Assembly: GCA_964629655.1 (NCBI GenBank)
Contig: CAZVQU010000001.1
Coordinates: 164,056-228,055, forward strand
Reading direction: 5' to 3'
From: an uncultured Planctomycetia bacterium
Lineage (GTDB): Bacteria; Omnitrophota; Gorgyraeia; Duberdicusellales; 4484-171
Length of the DNA stretch: 64,000 nucleotides
Position numbers and translations under genes: made by a program. Each line of letters starts with the position of its first letter. The stretch's first letter is position 1. Below the pieces are notes generated by a model. The model did not search any database. It was given only the letters and a program-made list of their open reading frames with translations, and had not been told where the DNA came from. This document shows, piece after piece, positions 35,189 through 45,349 of the stretch.

Positions 35189-36193
35189 TTAGTTTATTTT
35201 CTCTGCTTTTAGAGATCTGGACATCAAATCTGCCACTGCCTTCTTAGGCGACTTACCTTGATAAAGAACAGCGTAAACCTGCTGGGTTATTGGCATGTCT
35301 ACGTTTAATTTCTTACTTAGACGAAAGGCAGACTTTACGGTATCAACACCCTCAGCTACCATCCTCATCTTTCCAGTAATCTCACTTAGAGTTTTGCCTT
35401 TACCTATCTCTTCCCCCACTAACCTATTGCGCGAGTAAGGAGAAAAACAAGTAGTTACTAAATCCCCTAAACCACTTATCCCCCAGAAGGTTGAAACATT
35501 TGCCCCTAATTTCTCCCCTAGCCGGGTAATCTCTGCTAAGCCTCTGGTTGCTAAAGCTGCTTTGGTATTAGTTCCAAAACCTAAGCCATCAGAAATTCCG
35601 CACGAAAGGGCAATTATATTCTTCAAGGCTCCTCCCAACTCCACTCCAGCAACATCTTTATGTAGATAGATTCTAAAAGTTGACGTATTGAATAATAATT
35701 GCAGTTTCTCACCGATGCTCTTGCTCTTGCAAGCTAGGATAGACGTGGACGGAACTCCTCGTAATACTTCATGGGCAATATTTGGGCCAGAGAGAACAGC
35801 AACCTTAGAAGCTTTTAGCTCTTTTTCGATTAACTGGGATACTCTCTTCAAAGACTTAGCTTCTATTCCTTTGCTAACACTAACGAAAATTTTGTTTTTA
35901 ATAAGCGGTTTGTATTTTTTAATCTTTTTCAAAGTCCCAGAGACAAACTTAACCGGAATCGCAACTATTATTATCTTACTCTCAAGAACTTCTTTAAGGG
36001 AAGAGTTTGCCTGCAGGTTACGAGGAAATTTTACGCCTTTTAAAAATAACTTATTCTCTCTCTCCCGCTGCATCTTCAGATTATAATCTTTAAAGACACT
36101 ATGAAGTTGAACAGCTACTCCCTTCTTGGAAAGAACTACCCCTAAGGTTGTTCCCCAACTTCCTGCGCCAATTATTGAAATTTTATCTTTCAT
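35189..36193 (-). CDS. gpsA: NAD(P)H-dependent glycerol-3-phosphate dehydrogenase
   Basis: IGAGSWGT, SKGIE, LSGPNIA.EV, GGALKNIIA, GLGDLVTTC.S..SRN. Confidence 0.97.
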   Translation of the reverse strand: MKDKISIIGAGSWGTTLGVVLSKKGVAVQLHSVFKDYNLKMQRERENKLFLKGVKFPRNLQANSSLKEVLESKIIIVAIPVKFVSGTLKKIKKYKPLIKNKIFVSVSKGIEAKSLKRVSQLIEKELKASKVAVLSGPNIAHEVLRGVPSTSILACKSKSIGEKLQLLFNTSTFRIYLHKDVAGVELGGALKNIIALSCGISDGLGFGTNTKAALATRGLAEITRLGEKLGANVSTFWGISGLGDLVTTCFSPYSRNRLVGEEIGKGKTLSEITGKMRMVAEGVDTVKSAFRLSKKLNVDMPITQQVYAVLYQGKSPKKAVADLMSRSLKAEKIN

Positions 36194-36201
36194 CTTTTAA
36201 A

Positions 36202-36275
36202 TGGAGCGGGCGATCGGGATCGAACCGACATAACAGGCTTGGAAGGCCTGTGTTCTACCACTGAACTACACCCGC
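36202..36275 (-). tRNA. tRNA-Gly(TCC)
   Basis: GCGGGTGTAGTTCAGTGGTAGAAC...CAGGC-CTTCCAA-GCCTG...CCCGCTCCA. Confidence 0.96.
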
Positions 36276-36322
36276 GTCTATTTTTTCCACTTACTTTGTG
36301 GTATCTAAATTTGAGTTTTAAA

Positions 36323-36405
36323 TGGGCAGGGAAGGATTTGAACCTTCGAAGTGCAAGCACAATAGATTTACAGTCTATCCCCGTTGGCCGCTAGGGTACC
36401 TGCCC
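36323..36405 (-). tRNA. tRNA-Tyr(GTA)
   Basis: GGGCAGGTACCCTAGCGGCCAACGGGG, ATAGA-CTGTAAA-TCTAT, long variable arm, GGTTCAAATCC. Confidence 0.96.
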
Positions 36406-36416
36406 GAAATAATAAA

Positions 36417-36492
36417 TGGAGCCCAGGAGAGGAATCGAACCCCCAACCTGAGGTTTACAAAACCCCTGCTCTGCCGATTGAGCTACCTGGGC
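36417..36492 (-). tRNA. tRNA-Thr(TGT)
   Basis: GCCCAGGTAGCTCAATCGGCAGAGC, GGGGT-TTTGTAA-ACCTC, GGTTCGATTCC, TCCA end. Confidence 0.96.
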
Positions 36493-36508
36493 ATTTCCAT
36501 TTTTATAT

Positions 36509-37366
36509 CTACCTTTTTTTCAATAAACGTTTAATTGCTTTCGGAAAATACTCAATTATATCTGAAGCAATCAGACAATTTTCGGTCTTATCTCTTACTG
36601 CTATATCGGCAGCTAACCCGTGTAAATATACTCCGACTTTTGCTGCTTGGAATTGGTCTAGTCCTTGTGAAAGCAGGCCAGAAATTATTCCTGAAAGGAC
36701 ATCTCCGGTACCAGCAGTTGCCATGCCAGGATTACCAGTATTATTCTCAAAAGTCCTCTGCCCATCACTCACCAAGGTACGATTACCTTTAAGAACAAGG
36801 GTTAAATTATATCTAAGAGCAAACTTTTTGACAAGCTCTTTTCTCTTTTTCTTGATTCTACTCACATCTGTCTTTATCAGACGAGAAAACTCACCTAAAT
36901 GAGGGGTTAAAATAAGCGTTTTTGTCTTTCGTTTGAGTAAAACCTCTAGGTTCGAAGCCAAAGCAGTTAGAGCATCAGCATCAACTATCATCGGCTTATC
37001 TATATCCTTTACGATTCTTGCAATTAATCTCTTTGTAGAAGCTCCCAGACCTGCTCCTGGACCAATAACAATAAGATCAGCTTTTTTCAAAAAACTCTCT
37101 ATATTGCTAAAAGCTTCTTGGCTAAGAGCACCACCTTTATCAGCTAAAGGTAAGCTCATCGCCTCAGTAAGCTTAATTTCAAAGATACTGTTTAAACTCT
37201 TAGGTACTCCTACGGTAACTAACCCAGCGCCGCTTCTTAAAGCCGCTCTAGCACATAGGCAAACTGCTCCACTAAGGCCAAAAGAACCTCCTATAATTAA
37301 AATATGCCCGTAATCTCCTTTATGGGTATCAGGCTTTCTTTTGAGCAACTGCACAGGCAACCGCAT
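36509..37366 (-). CDS. nnrD: ADP-dependent NAD(P)H-hydrate dehydratase (stand-alone)
   Basis: HKGDYG, ALRSGAGLV, GPG.G, VDADAL, LTPHLGEF, GNPGMATAGTGDVL; start likely ATG 37366. Confidence 0.93.
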   Translation of the reverse strand: MRLPVQLLKRKPDTHKGDYGHILIIGGSFGLSGAVCLCARAALRSGAGLVTVGVPKSLNSIFEIKLTEAMSLPLADKGGALSQEAFSNIESFLKKADLIVIGPGAGLGASTKRLIARIVKDIDKPMIVDADALTALASNLEVLLKRKTKTLILTPHLGEFSRLIKTDVSRIKKKRKELVKKFALRYNLTLVLKGNRTLVSDGQRTFENNTGNPGMATAGTGDVLSGIISGLLSQGLDQFQAAKVGVYLHGLAADIAVRDKTENCLIASDIIEYFPKAIKRLLKKR

Positions 37367-37682
37367 AGTCTTCAACATGGGTTATAGAAAGAAAAATATC
37401 AATACCAATATCTTTTTTAAATTTACAATAAGGAGCACCATTCTCCCTATTGAGAATTAGAATGTCAGTGAGAGCCAAAGGATACTCTTTTGAAATTGCC
37501 TTTATTACCGCCTCCTTAGCTGCGAAACGAGCAGCAAGGCGCTGGTAATACATCTTGCCTTTGAGGATATTCTCTAGCTCCTCGGCATTAAATACGCGGT
37601 CTAAGAAGCTACTTTTCCACTTCTCTATCGATTTCTTAATCTTCTCTATTTGTATTATGTCTATTCCTACGCCCACAACCAT
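37329..37682 (-). CDS. acpS: Holo-[acyl-carrier-protein] synthase
   Basis: GVGIDI, LAARFAAKEAVIKA, LSITH..DYAVA. Confidence 0.95.
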   Translation of the reverse strand: MVVGVGIDIIQIEKIKKSIEKWKSSFLDRVFNAEELENILKGKMYYQRLAARFAAKEAVIKAISKEYPLALTDILILNRENGAPYCKFKKDIGIDIFLSITHVEDYAVACAVAQKKA

Positions 37683-37685
37683 CTT

Positions 37686-38408
37686 TTATTTTTTAATTCT
37701 TAATAAGGAAATCATTTCCTCAACAGCCTGAGTAATCCCGATAAAAACAGAACGGCAAATTATTGAATGCCCGATATTAAGCTCCTCTATCTCTTTTATT
37801 TTTACTATCTCTCCCAAATTTTCATAATCAAGGCCATGGCCGGCAGCGACAAAAAAGCCCTCACTCTTACCAAACTTTGCTGCTTCTTTTATCTTTTTTA
37901 TTTCCTTGCCTAAAACAGCTTTGGTTTTAGCCAAAGAAAAAGCACCGGTATTAATCTCAATGATCTCTATACCTAAATTCTTAGCTGCTTTAATTTGCTT
38001 CTTCACCGGATCAATAAATAAGCTAACCTTTATCTTGGCTTTCATTAACCTCTCTATTACCTTAGCTACTTTCTTATTATTCTTTACAAGATCAAGCCCA
38101 CCTTCGGTAGTCAACTCCTGTCTTTTCTCAGGAACTAAAGTTGCCTGTTGGGGGACTACCTTACAAGCAAAATCAACAATATCCCCAGAAGTAGACATCT
38201 CTAGATTTAAAGGAATCTTTACAGCTTCTTTAACAAAAGTTACATCCCGTTCCTTTATATGCCTTTTATCTTCTCTTAGATGGACAACTATTGAATCGCA
38301 GCCAGCATACTCTGCCAAAAGAGCTGCCACTACTGGATCAGGGTAAGCTGTGTTATTCCGAGCTTGCCTTAAGGTCGCCACATGGTCGACGTTAACCCCT
38401 AGCCTCAT
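37686..38408 (-). CDS. pdxJ: Pyridoxine 5'-phosphate synthase
   Basis: LGVNVDHVATLRQAR, HLREDKRHI, ELTTEGG, AGHGL, ELNIGHSI. Confidence 0.97.
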   Translation of the reverse strand: MRLGVNVDHVATLRQARNNTAYPDPVVAALLAEYAGCDSIVVHLREDKRHIKERDVTFVKEAVKIPLNLEMSTSGDIVDFACKVVPQQATLVPEKRQELTTEGGLDLVKNNKKVAKVIERLMKAKIKVSLFIDPVKKQIKAAKNLGIEIIEINTGAFSLAKTKAVLGKEIKKIKEAAKFGKSEGFFVAAGHGLDYENLGEIVKIKEIEELNIGHSIICRSVFIGITQAVEEMISLLRIKK

Positions 38409-38542
38409 ATAATCCTTCCGCCGCCAGTAATTGCACCACTAACATACAACCAAATAAAAATAGCAATAACTAAAGCCGTAAGCTTAAGCCAAAAGTTATA
38501 CGTGATTGCTCTTTTAATACTTATCTTCTTTAAAAATTCCAT
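38405..38542 (-). CDS. 45-aa CdaR/YbbR-like transmembrane peptide (unannotated)
   Basis: MEFLKKISIKRAITYNFWLKLTALVIAIFIWLYVSGAITGGGRII; SD GGAGG 8 nt upstream; TGA overlaps pdxJ ATG; directly downstream of cdaA. Confidence 0.75.
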   Translation of the reverse strand: MEFLKKISIKRAITYNFWLKLTALVIAIFIWLYVSGAITGGGRII

Positions 38543-38598
38543 ATCCATATCCTCCCTGATTGTAATCAGAAATAAAATTCTAAACCCAAAGGTTTATC

Positions 38599-39357
38599 TT
38601 AGCGAGGCTTTGTTAATTGCCCTTTAAGGATAGTAAGTAAATCATTAGGCGTTAGATTCCGAGTCAACTGTCCGTTTATGGCCAAAGATACTGAACCATT
38701 TTCTTCCGAGACTGACACGACAAGTGCGTCCGAATTCTCAGAAAGACCTACTGCTGCCCGATGGCGCATGCCTAAAGTCCTCTCTAGGTTCGGATTATCA
38801 CTAAGCGGAAAAAGACAGGAAGCAGCTATTACTGTTGTTTCATCAACCACTACTCCGCCATCATGTAATGGTGCCGAAGGATAAAAAATGTTTTGTAATA
38901 ACTCTGTTGTAAGCTCAGCATTCAAAACTACCCCACTCTCGATATACCGTTTAAGCCCGATTTCCCTCTTTATAGCGATAAGAGCACCGTGTTTCTTGCG
39001 CGAAAGAGCTCCAGCTGCAGAAACGATTTCACGTAAGGTTTTCTCGATCTCCTCCCTTTTAGGTTCAATCGAGAAAATATGACGTTTGCCTAAATGTATA
39101 AGACCTTCCCTTAGCTCGGGCTGAAAAATAATAACTACCAGAACCAGAAAAAAAGCAAAAAGGTAGGTAAGCAAACGTGTCAAAATCGGTAAACCCAACA
39201 TTTGAAAAGTAAGCAGAGAGATTATCAGAATGATAATACCTCTTAAAAGGTAAACGGCTTTTGTGCCTTTTAAAAACAGAAATATCCTATAGACAACCGC
39301 CCATAGGATTAATATCTCAACTATAGCTTTCCATTTTAGGAGTCCTAAAAGATCCAT
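38599..39357 (-). CDS. cdaA: Diadenylate cyclase CdaA
   Basis: 3 TMs, IIFQPELR, APLHDGGV, LGMRHRAAVGLSE, VSEENG. Confidence 0.95.
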   Translation of the reverse strand: MDLLGLLKWKAIVEILILWAVVYRIFLFLKGTKAVYLLRGIIILIISLLTFQMLGLPILTRLLTYLFAFFLVLVVIIFQPELREGLIHLGKRHIFSIEPKREEIEKTLREIVSAAGALSRKKHGALIAIKREIGLKRYIESGVVLNAELTTELLQNIFYPSAPLHDGGVVVDETTVIAASCLFPLSDNPNLERTLGMRHRAAVGLSENSDALVVSVSEENGSVSLAINGQLTRNLTPNDLLTILKGQLTKPR

Positions 39358-40574
39358 TAGTTATTAGTAATTTTTGAGGCTACTTTTATAGCCTGAGCAG
39401 TTTCTGCTACATCATGTACCCTTAAAATATTAGCACCCTTAGCAAAAGAAATGATGCTAGCGGCAATTGTTCCTACCAAACGCTCACTAGTACCCACATT
39501 AAGTATCTTACCAATAAAAGATTTACGAGACAACCCTAAAAAAATCGGTAGCCCCAAAACCTTCAGTTTGTAAAGTTCATTAATTATCTTGGTATTATCT
39601 TCTAGACGCTTACCAAATCCTATCCCGGGATCGATAAGAATCTGACTCTTACTTATACCTCTCCGGTCGCAAAACTTCAATCTTTCTTTGAAAAAATCAA
39701 TTATCTCTACTGTTACATCTTTATAGCCAGGTTTTATTTGCATAGTCGCAGGAGCCCCCTTCATATGCATTAATATACACCCTAATTTATATCTCTTAAT
39801 TAAAGACGCCATTTGGGGGCTACCTCTTAAAGCTGTAATATCATTAATTATATCAACTCCTTCGGCCACAGCTGCTTTTGCTACTGGATACTTATAAGTA
39901 TCTATGGCTAGAAGAACTTTTTTGAATTCCTTGCGCAAAGCTTTCAAAACAGGCACAACCCTCTTTATCTCATCTCCTACTTTAATTGGGCTTGAGAAAG
40001 GCCTTGTTGATTCTCCGCCTAAGTCTATTATTTTTGCCCCGGATTTCACCATCTCCTCTGCTTTCTCTAAAGCTAAACTTTGAACTTTGGACTTTGAACT
40101 TTGGACTTTGCTAAGTAGCCCATCTCCGGTGAAAGAATCCTTAGTGACATTTATAATCCCACAGATAACTGGTTTCTTAATTTTTAGGACTTTACCTCTA
40201 GCCTTAAAAATAAGCTCTTTCATACCCAAGTTGTTCAGATAAGCAGAAATGCTTCCAGAAACTTCTTTCAGAGCAAACGGCTGATCTTTCAATTTTTCAG
40301 AGAGCTTTTTCAATTGGCTTAAGCTTCCAAAAATAAGAACAGAAGTCTTTATGTTCTTTATTAGGGCTTTCCGCTCCAAGGCTGCATCACTTCCTAGAGA
40401 AAGAAGTTGTTGCTTTATTATATTTGCTTCCCAAGACTTGATTCCTTCAATTCTAAATGCTGCATGTAGACTTTTCGGGGATAAAATTCTTACGCCCTCA
40501 GGGCTTACGCCCATAGAAGACATTATCTTTCGGGCTTCTTCTTCATTTCTTACGCTTAGGGGAGTTATCCTCAT
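39357..40574 (-). CDS. folP: Dihydropteroate synthase with N-terminal extension
   Basis: GIINVT.DSF, DLGGESTRP, IDTYK, INDI, MHMKG.P, IDPGIGFGK, SRKSFIG, RVHDV. Confidence 0.95.
   Translation of the reverse strand: MRITPLSVRNEEEARKIMSSMGVSPEGVRILSPKSLHAAFRIEGIKSWEANIIKQQLLSLGSDAALERKALIKNIKTSVLIFGSLSQLKKLSEKLKDQPFALKEVSGSISAYLNNLGMKELIFKARGKVLKIKKPVICGIINVTKDSFTGDGLLSKVQSSKSKVQSLALEKAEEMVKSGAKIIDLGGESTRPFSSPIKVGDEIKRVVPVLKALRKEFKKVLLAIDTYKYPVAKAAVAEGVDIINDITALRGSPQMASLIKRYKLGCILMHMKGAPATMQIKPGYKDVTVEIIDFFKERLKFCDRRGISKSQILIDPGIGFGKRLEDNTKIINELYKLKVLGLPIFLGLSRKSFIGKILNVGTSERLVGTIAASIISFAKGANILRVHDVAETAQAIKVASKITNN
40077..40110. repeat. Heptamer tandem repeat (ACTTTG[A/G]) x ~5 inside folP
   Basis: actttga actttgg actttga actttgg actttg; encodes SKVQSSKSKVQS. 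Confidence 0.85.
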
Positions 40575-42417
40575 CTTTTAAGTTAATTATACTCTTAACC
40601 TCTTCGGCATTTAACACTTCTTTCTCTAACAAAGCATCAGCTAATGATTTTAGTTTTTTCTTGTTACCCTCAATTAACTTTTTGGCCCGTTCATGGCACT
40701 CACCAACGATACGTTTTACCTCTTCATCAACAATCTTAGCTGTCTCTTCACTATAATCCTTCTCGTGAACCAAATCTCTTCCTAAAAATACTGGACCGTG
40801 ACTACGCCCTAAGGTATAATTACCCAATCGTTCACTCATCCCATAATCACAAACCATCTTTCTGGCTATACGAGAAACCTCCATCAAATCATTCATAGCC
40901 CCGGTAGTAATATCACCTAAATTCACCTCTTCAGAGACTCTCCCACCCAAAGCAACAGTTATTATCCCTAAAAGTTCTTTCTTGGATTTATACCATCGAT
41001 CCTCTTTGGGAGGTGAAAATGTATATCCGCCAGCCATGCCTCGAGGTATGATTGAAACCTTAGTCATAGAATCGACTTCAGGAATTAATAAAGATAATAA
41101 TGCATGCCCAGCTTCATGGAAAGCAGTTAATTCTTTCTCATGCTTAGAAATTATTCGGCTCTTTTTCTCTGGCCCCATCATCACCCTCTCTATAGATTCC
41201 TCTAGTTCTGACTGCTCAACAGCGGCCTTATCATGCCTAGCTGCTAGGAGTGCGGCCTCATTACAAAGATTTTCTAAATCGGCACCTGAAAACCCGGGAG
41301 TTTTCTTAGCCACCGCAGCTAAATCAATATTTTTAGCTAATGTTATCTTCTTGGTATGGACCTTTAAAATCTCCTCTCTTCCCTTAATGTCAGGAGAATA
41401 AATTACGATATGCCGGTCAAATCTACCTGGCCTAAGAAGCGCCGGGTCTAAAACATCAGGCCGGTTAGTTGCAGCCATAACAATTATCCCCGCTTGAGTC
41501 TGAAAACCATCCATCTCAGTAAGGAGTTGATTCAGAGTCTGTTCTCTCTCATCATGGCCTCCACCTACTCCGGCAAAACGTTGCCGTCCTACAGCATCTA
41601 TTTCGTCGATAAAAATAATACACCCTTTATTCTCTATCTTGGCAGCTTTTTTAGCCTGCTCAAATAAGTCTCTTACCCTAGAGGCTCCAACACCGACAAA
41701 CATCTCGACAAAATCAGAACCACTAATACTAAAAAAAGGAACTCGGGCTTCACCGGCAACCGCCTTAGCCAAAAGGGTCTTACCACATCCCGGAGGACCA
41801 ACTAATAAAACTCCTTTAGGAAATCTTCCGCCTAAACGCTGAAACTTTTTAGGGTCTTTTAAAAACTCTATTACTTCCTGCAACTCTTCCTTGGCCTCAT
41901 CTATGCCAGCTACATCACCAAAGGTAATCCGGGTTGCCTTTTCTTTATCTAGAGAAGCTACCCTTGCTTTTCCAAAAGACCAAACCCGTGAACCCATCTG
42001 ATTTCCTTTGCGGGAAAAATACCAGAGAAAGAGAATAAACAGAAGCATCGGGCCGAAGAAATAAAGAATATTTGAAAAGATACCTGGTGCCTCTACCTCA
42101 AATTTACCTATATTTTTTCTCAAAAGGCTAATTATCTCCTTATCCTCCTGGGGGATATAGAGCTGAAAATACCCTTCTCCTCTGCCTGCACCTGCCGTGA
42201 AACCGCCGAATACACGATTTTCGTTTAATTTAACCCACTCTATAACAGGATCTTCCAAATTGTGCTCTACTAAATAGTAAAATTCATTGTAGGTGAGTTT
42301 CTTGGTAAGCCCAGCGCTAAAAAGGCTTACCATCCAGACCAGACTGAGGAAAACGAGGATTAAAAGGAATGTTTTCCTCAAAAAATCGGAATTTGGGGTC
42401 TTTTTTTTCTTAGCCAT
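40543..42417 (-). CDS. ftsH: ATP-dependent zinc metalloprotease FtsH
   Basis: 2 TMs, [30 protein letters not shown]. Confidence 0.98.
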   Translation of the reverse strand: MAKKKKTPNSDFLRKTFLLILVFLSLVWMVSLFSAGLTKKLTYNEFYYLVEHNLEDPVIEWVKLNENRVFGGFTAGAGRGEGYFQLYIPQEDKEIISLLRKNIGKFEVEAPGIFSNILYFFGPMLLFILFLWYFSRKGNQMGSRVWSFGKARVASLDKEKATRITFGDVAGIDEAKEELQEVIEFLKDPKKFQRLGGRFPKGVLLVGPPGCGKTLLAKAVAGEARVPFFSISGSDFVEMFVGVGASRVRDLFEQAKKAAKIENKGCIIFIDEIDAVGRQRFAGVGGGHDEREQTLNQLLTEMDGFQTQAGIIVMAATNRPDVLDPALLRPGRFDRHIVIYSPDIKGREEILKVHTKKITLAKNIDLAAVAKKTPGFSGADLENLCNEAALLAARHDKAAVEQSELEESIERVMMGPEKKSRIISKHEKELTAFHEAGHALLSLLIPEVDSMTKVSIIPRGMAGGYTFSPPKEDRWYKSKKELLGIITVALGGRVSEEVNLGDITTGAMNDLMEVSRIARKMVCDYGMSERLGNYTLGRSHGPVFLGRDLVHEKDYSEETAKIVDEEVKRIVGECHERAKKLIEGNKKKLKSLADALLEKEVLNAEEVKSIINLKDEDNSPKRKK

Positions 42418-42441
42418 CGCTAGCTATTATACTGTATCGGG

Positions 42442-43425
42442 TTATAAAATCAAGGATTGAATAAAAAGCGATTTTTCCTCTTTTTTCGCTCTAAGATCGG
42501 GTAAATCTACAATACTTCCTTTGGGCCGCCGAAAGACTAAGTCCTGTAATTCATTAAGATGCTTGGCCTGGAGCTTTCGGGTATTCCCTTTTAGCTCCTC
42601 AATGGCGATACGAACTACATTATTAAATATAGCCAGAGGCAAGTCTTTTAAACCCTTTAAATCCAAGCAAAGGCTTTTGGTAGTTTCTTTACGCTTAAGA
42701 GCAAGGAACTTACTGTGCGAAAAGGAATAGATAAAATCATAGTCTAAGGAGATATTTGAAGCTAAATTGTATAAACTACTCACTATGTTAGGGTTTAACT
42801 CCCTAAGTAAGGGTAATAACTTTAATCTTACCCGATTGCGAAAGAATTTATCTTCAAAATTACTCTTATCTGTACAAAAAGATATCTTTTGCCCCTCTAG
42901 CCACTCAACAATCTCTTTCTTCCTAACCTCAACCAGTGGCCTAATAACAGTCAAGCTCTTAAATTTCGTCTTGGGTAAAAACCCCCTTAAGCCTTTCAGG
43001 CCTGAGCCCCGAATCATTCTCATCAATACCGTCTCAACTAAATCGTCCTTATGGTGAGCTAAAGCAATCTTTTTAATCTTGGTCTGGCGAGAAACCTTCA
43101 TGAAGAAATCCAGACGTAAATTTCTAGCTGTCTGTTCTAAGGAATCTCCGTTGAAAAAGCTCTGCACGTCCTTCTTCTCGCTTATAAATTTTACCCCTAA
43201 TTTTTCACATAGCTTGCGAATAAACTCTTCTTCCCTATCGGCCTCTCCCCGTAAGCTATGGTTAAAGTGAGCACAAACTAATTGTAATTTATACTCCTTA
43301 CGAATCTTGGAGAATTGATAAAGCATAGCTACTGAATCCGGGCCGCCAGAGACCCCTAGAATTACCTTATCTTTCTTCTTTAATAAATTGTACTTTCTCA
43401 GGGCATTTCTAAAAATTACTTCCAT
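42442..43425 (-). CDS. tilS: tRNA(Ile)-lysidine synthetase
   Basis: SGGPDS, HFNHSLRG, AHHKDDLVET, IRPL, D.SN....F.RNRVR. Confidence 0.95.
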   Translation of the reverse strand: MEVIFRNALRKYNLLKKKDKVILGVSGGPDSVAMLYQFSKIRKEYKLQLVCAHFNHSLRGEADREEEFIRKLCEKLGVKFISEKKDVQSFFNGDSLEQTARNLRLDFFMKVSRQTKIKKIALAHHKDDLVETVLMRMIRGSGLKGLRGFLPKTKFKSLTVIRPLVEVRKKEIVEWLEGQKISFCTDKSNFEDKFFRNRVRLKLLPLLRELNPNIVSSLYNLASNISLDYDFIYSFSHSKFLALKRKETTKSLCLDLKGLKDLPLAIFNNVVRIAIEELKGNTRKLQAKHLNELQDLVFRRPKGSIVDLPDLRAKKEEKSLFIQSLIL

Positions 43426-43462
43426 GGTTTTAATATTATATCACATTTGCTATAATGGTTTC

Positions 43463-44737
43463 ATGAATATTTTGGCCATAAATCCCTGGATAGTAGACTT
43501 TGCTGCCTATGATTTTTGGCTTAAGCCCTATGGGTTTTTGACCCTCCTAACCTACCTCAAAAACAAAGGCTTAAATATAGATTACATAGACTGCTTAAGC
43601 AGGAAAGTTACAAATACTAACTTTGGAAGGGGAAAATACTATTCGCAAATCATTGAAAAACCCTCATCCTTAAAGCCAATCCCTCGCTACTTTAAACGTT
43701 ACGGCATTACCCTTGATGAATTCAAGGAACGTATATGTAATAAAAAACCTGACTATATTCTCCTAACCTCTTCGATGACTTACTGGTATCCGGCAATCAC
43801 TGATGCAGTAAACATCCTAAGAAAAAAATTTCCTAAGGTGAAAATAATTTTAGGTGGGACTTACGCTACCCTATTACCAAAACATGCCAAAGAAACAACT
43901 GGTTGTGACTTTGTCTTTGAAACTAATTCTTTGAAAGATTTTTTTAAACTCCTAAAGGTAGAATTTAACTTCAAAGAGCTCTTATCAACATTTCCGATGT
44001 ATAACGATTTCCACCCTAACCTAGATTATGTAGTGCTGCGAACTTCCTGGGGTTGTCCTTTTGAATGCACCTTCTGCGCTATAAGGAAGACCGCCTCGCG
44101 TTTTTTCAGGGTCAAGCTACAAGATGTACTAGACTTCATCCTTAAATATCAAGGCCAGGGATTAAAAGATTTCATCCTTTACGATGACGCCTTCCTTTAT
44201 GAACCAGACTATGCCAAAGAACTCCTTGTGAAAGTTGCTAATTTGAATTTAGATATTAACTTCCACACCCCCAATGCTCTTCATTTAAGATTTCTTGATA
44301 AAGAGATTGCTAGCCTGCTTAAGAAAGTAGGCTTTATTAATCCCCACTTTGGATTAGAAACCTTAAACCCAAAACTACAAAAATTGTGGGGTGATAAGGT
44401 AGATAAAGACGAATTAATAAAAGGAATAAATTGGTTGAAACAGGCCGGATTTAAAAATGGTGAATTCAGTATATATCTACTCTTAGGATATCCTAACCAA
44501 AACTTAGGCCAATTGCGAAAAGACGCAGACTTCCTGAATAACTTAGGGGCTAGAGTATCCTTAGCTGAATTCTCTCCTACGCCTGAGACAAAAATCTTCC
44601 ACCGGCATAAGGATAATCTCGATGAACCACTCCTGCACAATAACTCTATATTTGGCTTTTTCCAAAAAGAAAGGATAAAGGATTTCTGGGAAATAAAGAA
44701 TTACGTAAGGGACTTGAACAAAAGGCTAAACTCTTAA
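43463..44737 (+). CDS. B12-binding-domain radical SAM protein
   Basis: Start likely ATG 43463 (MNILAINPW, after TGcTATAAT); ILGGTYATL.P; SWGCPFECTFC. Confidence 0.85.
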   Translation: MNILAINPWIVDFAAYDFWLKPYGFLTLLTYLKNKGLNIDYIDCLSRKVTNTNFGRGKYYSQIIEKPSSLKPIPRYFKRYGITLDEFKERICNKKPDYILLTSSMTYWYPAITDAVNILRKKFPKVKIILGGTYATLLPKHAKETTGCDFVFETNSLKDFFKLLKVEFNFKELLSTFPMYNDFHPNLDYVVLRTSWGCPFECTFCAIRKTASRFFRVKLQDVLDFILKYQGQGLKDFILYDDAFLYEPDYAKELLVKVANLNLDINFHTPNALHLRFLDKEIASLLKKVGFINPHFGLETLNPKLQKLWGDKVDKDELIKGINWLKQAGFKNGEFSIYLLLGYPNQNLGQLRKDADFLNNLGARVSLAEFSPTPETKIFHRHKDNLDEPLLHNNSIFGFFQKERIKDFWEIKNYVRDLNKRLNS

Positions 44738-44746
44738 TGAGAAAGA

Positions 44747-45349
44747 TTATTTCTTAGAAACAAAAGGATTATCCTTAATGTAGAATCGTAAAGGCAAATT
44801 TTTGGATTTAGCCGCGTAATCAACGCCGACTCTCTTTGCTTTAACTATAGTAAAGTTTTTATTGGCTGGTGAAGAGATAAAAATATCTTTAGATACAACT
44901 TCTCGGCCTAAGAAGCTCTTATTAATCGAAAAACTTTGAGTCCAACGACAAGGACCATTAGTCAGCTTCTCTACTCTCTCTACACCTCTTCTTTTTTTCA
45001 TCAACTCTATACCCTGGACAGGCTCAATCGCTCTTATAAATACTGCTTGAGGATCGTCCTTCTTGGAAACTACAATATTAAAACACCAGAATTTGCCATA
45101 AATAAGGTAGACATATATAAGGCCTCCCTGGCTATAGATGATCTTATTACGGGCAGTAATTCGTCCCCCAAAACTATGAGAAGCATCATCACCTATGCCT
45201 AAGTAAGCTTCAGTTTCAACTATTTTTCCAATTAAGGTCTGTTTTTTTGTTTTAAGGGTTAAATAATCACCGAGGATATTCTTGGCTACGTATTTCCCTT
45301 GGCGGTAAAAAAAGGCTTTAGTTCTCCTCTTGGCTCTCGGCTTCTTCAT
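44747..45349 (-). CDS. mpg: 3-methyladenine DNA glycosylase (AAG/MPG)
   Basis: GKIVETEAYLG..D.ASH, YVYLIYG...CFNIV, LTNGPCR, RVGV..A...PLRFY. Confidence 0.93.
   Translation of the reverse strand: MKKPRAKRRTKAFFYRQGKYVAKNILGDYLTLKTKKQTLIGKIVETEAYLGIGDDASHSFGGRITARNKIIYSQGGLIYVYLIYGKFWCFNIVVSKKDDPQAVFIRAIEPVQGIELMKKRRGVERVEKLTNGPCRWTQSFSINKSFLGREVVSKDIFISSPANKNFTIVKAKRVGVDYAAKSKNLPLRFYIKDNPFVSKK

Noticed and set aside
36322-36902. Plus-strand ORFs 36322-36534 and 36384-36902 (also 24742-24978 and 33400-33582)
   Set aside because: Antisense translations of tRNA genes.
43388-43462. Upstream extension of the radical SAM ORF
   Set aside because: Overlaps the tilS start and both promoters; ATG 43463 fits better.
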